64,000 bases of DNA. Origin: Eledone cirrhosa. Its lineage: Eukaryota. Shown one piece after another: positions 56,706 to 64,000 of this stretch (positions are counted from its first letter, which is position 1; each line of letters starts with the position of its first letter). The notes under the pieces were generated by a model. That model was given only the letters and a program-made list of their open reading frames with translations. It was not told the DNA's origin and ran no database searches. Where the stretch lies: assembly GCA_964016885.1 (NCBI GenBank), contig OZ024746.1:69378001-69442000 (forward strand), read 5' to 3'. Position numbers and translations under genes: made by a program.

Positions 56706-56990
56706 ATGGAAAATATTAAGCCTCCTCCTATGTTAGAATGCGTCACTGGAAAACAACAGCTTTTGAAAAGTTGGTGTGTATTCCAACATCAACTGAAACT
56801 ATATTTTGGGACTGAATTTGGTATGACACCGGAGAAAGAAAGAAAGGTACATTACTAGCATTGGGAAGACGAGAGTTATTTCGTATCTACAAGGTTTGAT
56901 CAGAATAATATACAACGTCTGTCTTCCCCAGCAGCGTGCAGTGTTCTGGTGATGCCCAGGGCAAATCTTGCCCCAAAGATTCAAGTATAA
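56706..56990 (+). pseudogene. Possible Ty3/Gypsy gag N-terminal remnant
   Basis: MENIKPPPML...SWCVFQHQLKLYF...EKERKV resembles the PP.L...W..F...F.LY......K gag start. Confidence 0.45.
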
Positions 56991-57343
56991 GGCCTAATAT
57001 ACGGAGAAATATTATGAGAAAGGAAAATATTTTGAATATATAAATACAGATGAAACATGAAATAAACGCTTTATTCGATTTTGATATAAATCAATCAAAT
57101 TTATTAAGTTCTTTTCCCCAAATGACACCCCCATCCAAAGGATGCCCGGAGCCAACACACCATCGCCCCTCTACTGGTTACATATGCCGAGTTTGGAAAA
57201 ATGGGTGGTCCGCGTTTGATTTGCTGAATTTGGAAGATGAATACGGTTTGGTTTAGCAGGAGTCAGGAGTACAGGTTGGCGTTCGGTTTAGGGTGTGAGC
57301 TGAATGTTTGTGGACTGATTGGAGTTATTGCGGTCTTATTTAC

Positions 57344-57397
<54 letters not shown>

Positions 57398-57400
57398 TAT

Positions 57401-57823
57401 ATATCACATAAGAAACGGAGAATCAGTGTTACGACGAATAAGATTTATTAGACATATTACAATCGTTTCTCTGGCGACCAGCTCGAGGCACGATCGATGC
57501 AATGATCAAACTTTACTCTGAAATCGCAAGATCCTCGGATACATCTCGATTCTACGAAGCAGAGTTTCCAAATGGATTTGGAAACTCTGCTTCGTAGAAT
57601 CGAGACATATCTGAGGATCTTGCGATTTCAGAGTCAGGTTTGATCATTGCATCGATCGTGCCTCGAGCTGGTCGCCAGAGAAACGATTGTAATATGTCTA
57701 ATAAATCTTATTCGTCGCACCACTGATTCTCGTTTCTTATGTGATATTATACTCTGCTCTGTAAGATCATTGAGTGCTCAAACGGCATACCACTTACAGA
57801 CGCTTTGAGCATCCCACACCAAT
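57401..57823 (+). mobile_element. Fold-back cassette (about 173-bp arms, 2-nt loop) plus tail, inside (TA)n
   Basis: 57401-57573 versus 57576-57747; tail ACTC...GAGTGCTC. Confidence 0.88.
57603..57699 (+). ncRNA. Type I hammerhead ribozyme with enlarged loop II
   Basis: agacatat-CTGAGGA-tcttgcga...tcgccaga-GAAA-cgattg-TA-atatgtct, with a perfect 8-bp stem I. Confidence 0.82.
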
Positions 57824-57849
57824 TATATATATATATACGTATTGACATA

Positions 57850-58117
57850 CGGCGCTTTATGGGCATTCTTTAAAACTTGGCGGAGCCCATACCCTCCCCA
57901 ACAGATTTCTTCCAGAGAAGAATAGAGAGAGAGAGAGAGACAGAGGGGGGGGGGATAAATATAGGGGAAGAATCGCTTTATACTTTTTTTATCAACCCGT
58001 AAAGGGTGAAAGGCAAAGTTGACTTCGGTGGGATTTGAACTCAGAGTACAGAGAGCCGGAACGAATAATGCGAAACATTCTATCTGACGTTTTAACGACT
58101 TTGTCAATTCGCTGCCA
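57850..58117 (-). mobile_element. SINE family A variant
   Basis: CORE-like segment in reverse; the 3' part resembles 35200-35350. Confidence 0.65.
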
Positions 58118-58327
58118 TGATCTGAATTAGAAAAATACTAAAAAATCTTGATCTACTTACAAATATCTGACCATTATTTTCAACCAAGAATTTATGTACT
58201 GATACAAAAGTATAAATCTAAAGCGGCCAAACAAGAACCTAACGTAGCTGTTAATAGATATCTAGGGAGAATAATTAGATCAACCAAAAAACTGTGGTTT
58301 TCTAGATAACACCTTAAATGAATATCT

Positions 58328-58756
58328 AAGAGATTTGTTAGCCTGCGGTTACTATGAGAGATTTGTTAGCCCGCAGTTTCTATGAGAGATTTGTTAGACC
58401 GCGGTTTCTATGAGAGATTTGTTAGCCCACGGTTTCTATGAGAGATTTGATAGCCCACGGTTTCTATGAGAGATTTGTTAGCCCACGGTTTCTATGAGAG
58501 ATTTGTTAGCCCGCGGTTTCTATGAGAGATTTGATAGCCTGCGTTTTCTATGAGAGATGTGTTAGCCTGCGTTTTCTATGAGAGATGTGTTAGCCTGCGT
58601 TTTCTATGAGAGATTTGTTAGCCCGCGGTTTCTATGAGAGATTTGTTAGCTTGCGTTTTCTATGAGAGATGTGTTAGCCCGCGGTTTCTATGAGAGATTT
58701 GTTAGCTTGCGTTTTCTATGAGAGATGTGTTAGCCCGCGGTTTCTATGAGAGATTT
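58328..58756. repeat. 28-bp minisatellite (ATGAGAGATTTGTTAGCCCGCGGTTTCT), about 15 copies
   Basis: Direct tandem repeat. Confidence 0.95.
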
Positions 58757-58847
58757 GGAGGAAAGTTATTCAGAAATGCTATCCTCATATTCGAGCCAAC
58801 CACAAAAGAGACACCCAAGCTCCTAAAATCGTGTGTCACCAAATAAT

Positions 58848-59064
58848 GGTTTCTTATATAGGCACAAGGCTGCAATTTTTGGGGGCGGGAAAAGTCGATG
58901 AAATTGACCCCAGTACGTGACTGGTACTTTATTTTATCGACCCCGTAAGGATGAAAGGCAAAGTTAACCTCGGCGGGATTTGAACTCAGATCATAAAGGG
59001 CGGTAACTCTATGCGGCAAAGCATGGCGTCCGACCCTCTACCGATACTGCCAATCCACCGCCCC
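58848..59064 (-). mobile_element. SINE family A, full length, 16-bp TSD
   Basis: TGTGTCACCAAATAAT at 58832-58847 and 59065-59080. Confidence 0.9.
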
Positions 59065-59091
59065 TGTGTCACCAAATAATAATGTTTAAAA

Positions 59092-59415
59092 CAGGGGCGT
59101 GCAACAGGCAGTCCGCGGGCCACAATCCGACCTGCCAGACCAGTCAGAGTGGCCTGCGATGACCGTTTTTAATTTTTATCTTGTAGACTTATTTAGAATT
59201 TTTTTCGTAACCGTAATACAATTTTCTGTTAGTTGACCTCTATTAAAAGGCTTCACTGATAAGGGTTATGTGTGTAATAATTTCCCTGTTCCATGTTATG
59301 GAAAGAAGTTGTGGTGAATCTTTGGAATAGTGTTTAATAAATATTAATGGCCCTAATAGTTGTTCCAATGTTCAAAAGTGGCTCGCCCACCAATAGAATA
59401 TGTTGCACACCCCTG
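59092..59415. mobile_element. hAT-type MITE (same family as 45977-46653, opposite orientation)
   Basis: TIRs CAGGGGCGTGCAACA / TGTTGCACACCCCTG; TSD gtttaaaa / gtttaaat. Confidence 0.88.
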
Positions 59416-59799
59416 GTTTAAATAAACAATTCAACGTAGACCTACTGACATTAAATAGATAGTTTCGAACTCATAAGGTATCACTACACATTTACGCATC
59501 AAAGAGGGTAGTAGCCATTTTACGGAAAAACCAGTATTATAGAGTCTAGGTTTCAGGGTTCTTTCTTGTAAGCAAGATAACAATATACGGAAATGTTTAA
59601 ACCGCAATGAATCGCTGTCTATATGAACTAACTTATCAAATCAATGCGGATACTATCTTATTTAATTTGTCAGATAAGTAACTTCTTTTGATCAGTTTCC
59701 CGCCTATAATCAAAAGGCGGCTACTGGAATTTGTTATGACTTGTAACGTATGAGCTTTTACAGGTTCTCACACTTAGATTTATATGTACGGACGACGCT

Positions 59800-61083
59800 C
59801 GTGTTCTGCAGCCAACATGGCTTCCATAATGGAAGGCACTGCCTAACGCAGCTCCTGCATCACTTTGATGACATTTTAAGAGCTTTGGTAGAGGGCTCTA
59901 ACACTGATGTCATCTAACTTGATTTCAGCAAGGCATTTGACAGGGTTGATCACAACATTCTACTGAAAAACACTATCCAACATTGGTGACTCTAGAAAGT
60001 TACTGCAATAGATCAAGTGTTTCCTGACTAACAAAGCTCAACATGTAGTTGAAGGAATATAATCAAGCCCAGCCAAAGTCGGTTGTGGCGTTCTACAAGG
60101 CACTGTGTTGGGCTCACTTCTTTTCATTATCTATATCAATGACATTACTGACGTCATCAAACACAGCAACATAAGAATCTTTGCAGATGATTCCAAGCTC
60201 CAGAAGATCATCAGTGGAGTGGGGGACCGGACATGCCTTCAATCAGATCTACATGCTGTTATCCAATGGACAGAAAAATCAATATGCCTACTGAACGAGG
60301 ATAAATTCAAATTAATCTACTTTGGAAAAGAGGATGCACTGAAACTATCATATTCCCTTCCTTCAGATGAACCCCTCATGGCATCCAACAACAAAGTTGA
60401 TATGACACGCAGAATTGGATTCTCAGAACCTTTCAGTGGAGAGATATACACACTATTATCCTTCTCTTCCCTACTTTTGCCCGATTTCCAGCTTGAACAC
60501 TGTTGTTCAATGTGGTCTCCCCACACTAAACAAAGTATTATGAAAGTTGAAGCACCCCAAAGATCAATAACAAAAAGAGATAGATGGCATGTCAGGCCTT
60601 GACTATTGGGGTCGCCTAGAAAAGTTCAAACTCTAGTCTCTCCAACGCCACCGTGAGCGCCACATTATCTACATGATGTGGAAAATATTCCATCAGCACT
60701 GCCCAAATGATGTTGGCATCATCTTTATAGTGCACCTAAGGCTTGGGCCCCGTGCTATCCGACCATAAGGAAAATCAAACTCGTATCTCATAACAACATT
60801 ACGGCACAATTATTTCACCTTAATTGGCCCCGCTCTCTTTAACATTACGCCAAAACACATTAAAAAGAAACAGATCCCATAAAATTCAAAATGTCTTTGG
60901 ACAAATTCCTCCAAGAAATCCCGGGTAAACCTCCTACTCCCGAATATGTATCCGTAACAATAACTCTCTGCTCGAGTGGGCCATGGTATACAAATCCTGA
61001 TTTGAAAGACTTCGCCAGGTGGTGCTATTAAGTTAGACATGGCCTGGGCCAATACTGGCTGAAACCTATCAAAGTTATCAAAG

Positions 61084-61086
<3 letters not shown>
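59800..61086 (+). mobile_element. 5'-truncated CR1-group LINE (RT remnant plus 3' end)
   Basis: LDFSKAFDRVDHNILL, GVLQGTVLGSLLFIIYIND, IFADDSKL and LEHCCSMWSPH; terminal (ATCAAAGTT)x2. Confidence 0.88.
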
Positions 61087-61120
<34 letters not shown>

Positions 61121-61168
61121 AATAAAAAAAGTATCATATATATATATATGTGTGTGTGTGTATGTGTG

Positions 61169-61221
<53 letters not shown>

Positions 61222-61248
61222 GTATATGTGTACATGTATATGTGTATG

Positions 61249-61285
<37 letters not shown>

Positions 61286-61495
61286 ATGCATACGTATATA
61301 TATATATATATATATATATAGTGGGAGTCAGTAGGTTTTTAGAAGATGGAAGTAGAGAGGGTGCGGTGAGAGTGATTGATAGATATCGAGAAAAGGGACA
61401 GAAGGATCTATCTGGTGGTGAAGGTGAGAGCGGGATGAAAGATGAGACAAAAGATAGAAAGCAGTCGAGCTGTTCACGTGATAGAGAGGTGACGC

Positions 61496-61566
<71 letters not shown>

Positions 61567-61886
61567 TTTGTGAAATGGGCGGTGGTTGAAATTCAAATGT
61601 GCACGATTAAATGGTAGTAGACGTGGTCGGACTGACATGAAAATTTACACACCTATGTAAAGAGTGCCAAGGAAGCAAATAGACGAGGTTTCAAATCTCT
61701 AACTTGAAAAGTGTGGTCCCTGGGGCCCCAAAACTATCGCGTTCGGTGAGTTATTTCTCCCTGTTCTCATACTTTTGTCTTAATTACAATTTCATCATCC
61801 TTCTACATTTAACGATCATACAGTACCGTTTTATGAAATCGATTCTGCAGTACGGTCACTGTTTTCCATCGAAAGAAATAAAGCCC

Positions 61887-62875
61887 TTGGCGATACTTGG
61901 TTTTAGTGTCCTAAATTATCATCATCGTCATTCAATTATTAGCTGGATTGGCAGTAGTGGTAGAGGGTCGGACACCATGCTTTGTAGCATAGAGTTACCT
62001 CCCTTTATGATCTGAGTTCAAATCCCGCCGAGGTTAACTTTACCTTTCATCCTTACGGGGTCGATAAAATAAAGTACCAGTAATGCACTGGGTAATTTAT
62101 GGCCTTGTGCCAAAAGTAGAAACAATTATTAGCTCCACCCACTACACGATACGTCACGAAGGTAAATGTTTCGAAAAAATTTTAAACTGTATATCGCAAC
62201 AATATATTGTTTAAAGAAATTTTTTTCTGTTGTTAAAAACTGTAAATCTGTTAAAAAAAAATGTATTTCGCAGCAATTTTTTTCTGTTAAAAACTAAATA
62301 AATATTCATGTAAAAATGAAGCATAGTGTTTCGGTTAAATACATTTTTTTAAAAACAGATTTACAGTTTTAAACAACAGAAAAAAATTTTCTTTAAACAA
62401 TATATTGTTGCGATATACAGTTTAAAATTTTTTCGAAACATTTACCTTCGTGACGCATCGTGTGTTAAAAAAAAATGTATTTCACAGCAATTTTTTTTCT
62501 GTTAAAAACTTTAAAAACTAAATAAATATTCATGTAAAAATGAAGCATAGTGTTTCGGTTAAAAACTTAAAAACTGTAAATAAATATTCATGTAAAAATG
62601 AAGCATAGTTTTTCTGTGAAAAACTGTAAATAAATATTTATTTTGTTCAAAAAATAAATCAAAAATCTAATTTTCTCTGTTAATATTTTAATAAATATTT
62701 ATTTTAAAAATTCAATGTTTTTTCGTGTAAAAATGAAGCATGTAAGAAAATGAATATGTAAAAATCAAGGAGCAGCAGCAGCTGATGACGTGTCGTGACG
62801 TATCGTGTAGTGGGTGGAGCTAATAATTGAATGTCGATGATGATAATTTAGGACACTAAAACCAAGTATCGCCAA
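61887..62875. mobile_element. Non-autonomous DNA transposon with ~80-bp TIRs and a nested internal fold-back; left TIR interrupted by a SINE
   Basis: 61887-61944 plus 62135-62159 is the reverse complement of about 62793-62875; internal inverted repeat 62144-62268 versus 62337-62463. Confidence 0.75.
61945..62122 (+). mobile_element. SINE family A inserted into the TIR, 12-bp TSD
   Basis: CAATTATTAGCT at 61933-61944 and 62123-62134. Confidence 0.88.
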
Positions 62876-63167
62876 ACCCTTAAATTGCGAAGAAGGGACG
62901 CGTGTTTTTATTTTAATTTTAATACATGTTAACCACCATTAACAGTAAGTAGTATTTTTCAAATTGCATATAATCGACATTGCTATTTCGCTGTTAATAA
63001 ACAACGCTTTTCACGTCGCGCCACTTCTCATTGTACGCCGTCCAGCCCCAAGTGCATATTTTTATTTTTTTCCTGAAACTGCTTCTTTATAATAAACTTT
63101 CAATAATATTTTTCAAATTATTGACTTAATAAAAAGTAGCCCCGGGTGCAACCGGGCTCAGCTACCA

Positions 63168-63223
<56 letters not shown>

Positions 63224-63289
63224 CTATATATATATATACATATATATACATGAATATATATGTACATGTGTGTGTGAGTGTGTATCACT

Positions 63290-63800
63290 TTGATCACATA
63301 AACGAACTGCTACCAAAAGTAAACAGAAAGCTAAGGACAAGATAAAGACATACAGAGATACATAAGAACAAAACTAATAAAACAAGCCAGGCACACACAG
63401 ATAAAACAAGCAACCAACTAGTGACAAGTTAATGAACGTATGAATAAATAAACCTACATAAAACATACTCAGATATAACGCATGCGCAGCACACACCTCA
63501 CAGGTGACAAAACCGAGATGGGTTAGTAAAGAACAAAAGAGACAAAATAACAATTTAGTCACTGAGGAGGTCACAGAATGTGTGACGAATGAGCTTTGAC
63601 AATAAACAAATAAACAACCATCCAGTTACTAAATTAACCAAACTGGAGGTTTATAATAAATTGAAATGAAAACCGACATGTGCATGTATTTTTATTGGCA
63701 GCATGACCCTCCCAAAGTATAACATTATCTGTTTCAGCACTCGTTTTCAGATAAGAAAGCACTCGTTTTCAGATAAGAAATCTTGTAAAACAAATACAAT
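63290..63800 (+). mobile_element. Solo PLE pLTR plus tail (diverged relative of 33870-34352) with decayed hammerhead at 63558-63600
   Basis: gtca-CTGAGGA-ggtcac...gtgac-GAAT-gagc-TT-tgac; ends catgaccctcccaaagtataaca followed by a similar tail. Confidence 0.8.
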
Positions 63801-63810
63801 ATATATATAT

Positions 63811-63881
<71 letters not shown>

Positions 63882-64000
63882 GATAAATCTACCAAAAAGT
63901 ACGGTAGTGTCCAATCCATATGAAGAACTCAATGTAATCCAAATATCATGAAAAGAGAAGATGTATTCAAACATTTTTTCGATGAAAAACACAGGAAAAC

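Noticed and set aside
58328-58756. 28-bp repeat of CRISPR-like length
   Set aside because: Units are contiguous with no spacers; this is an ordinary minisatellite.

Overview
AT-rich eukaryotic DNA, dense in microsatellites and repeats. I found no recognisable host gene. The SINE and LINE repertoire resembles a cephalopod (octopus-like) genome, which is an inference from recalled repeat families. The window holds: (i) a head-to-tail array of degenerate L1/Tx1-clade retrotransposons at about 0.75-11.9 kb, plus more Tx1 fragments at 48.7 and 51.6 kb; (ii) an R4/Dong-like RLE retrotransposon sitting in a (CATA)n repeat; (iii) several Penelope-like element (PLE) remnants; (iv) CR1-, CRE-, RTE- and Gypsy-like fragments, two SINE families, hAT and mariner MITEs, and minisatellites. 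The most striking signal is a recurrent class of short non-coding cassettes inside (TA)n tracts. Many are near-perfect fold-back palindromes, many encode type I hammerhead ribozymes (including compensatory U3-A8 core variants and one 591-bp tandem retrozyme-like unit), and unrelated families share an ACTC-N(8-17)-GAGTRCT motif just after the fold-back arm. All structures were paired by eye, and outer boundaries of degenerate elements are approximate.
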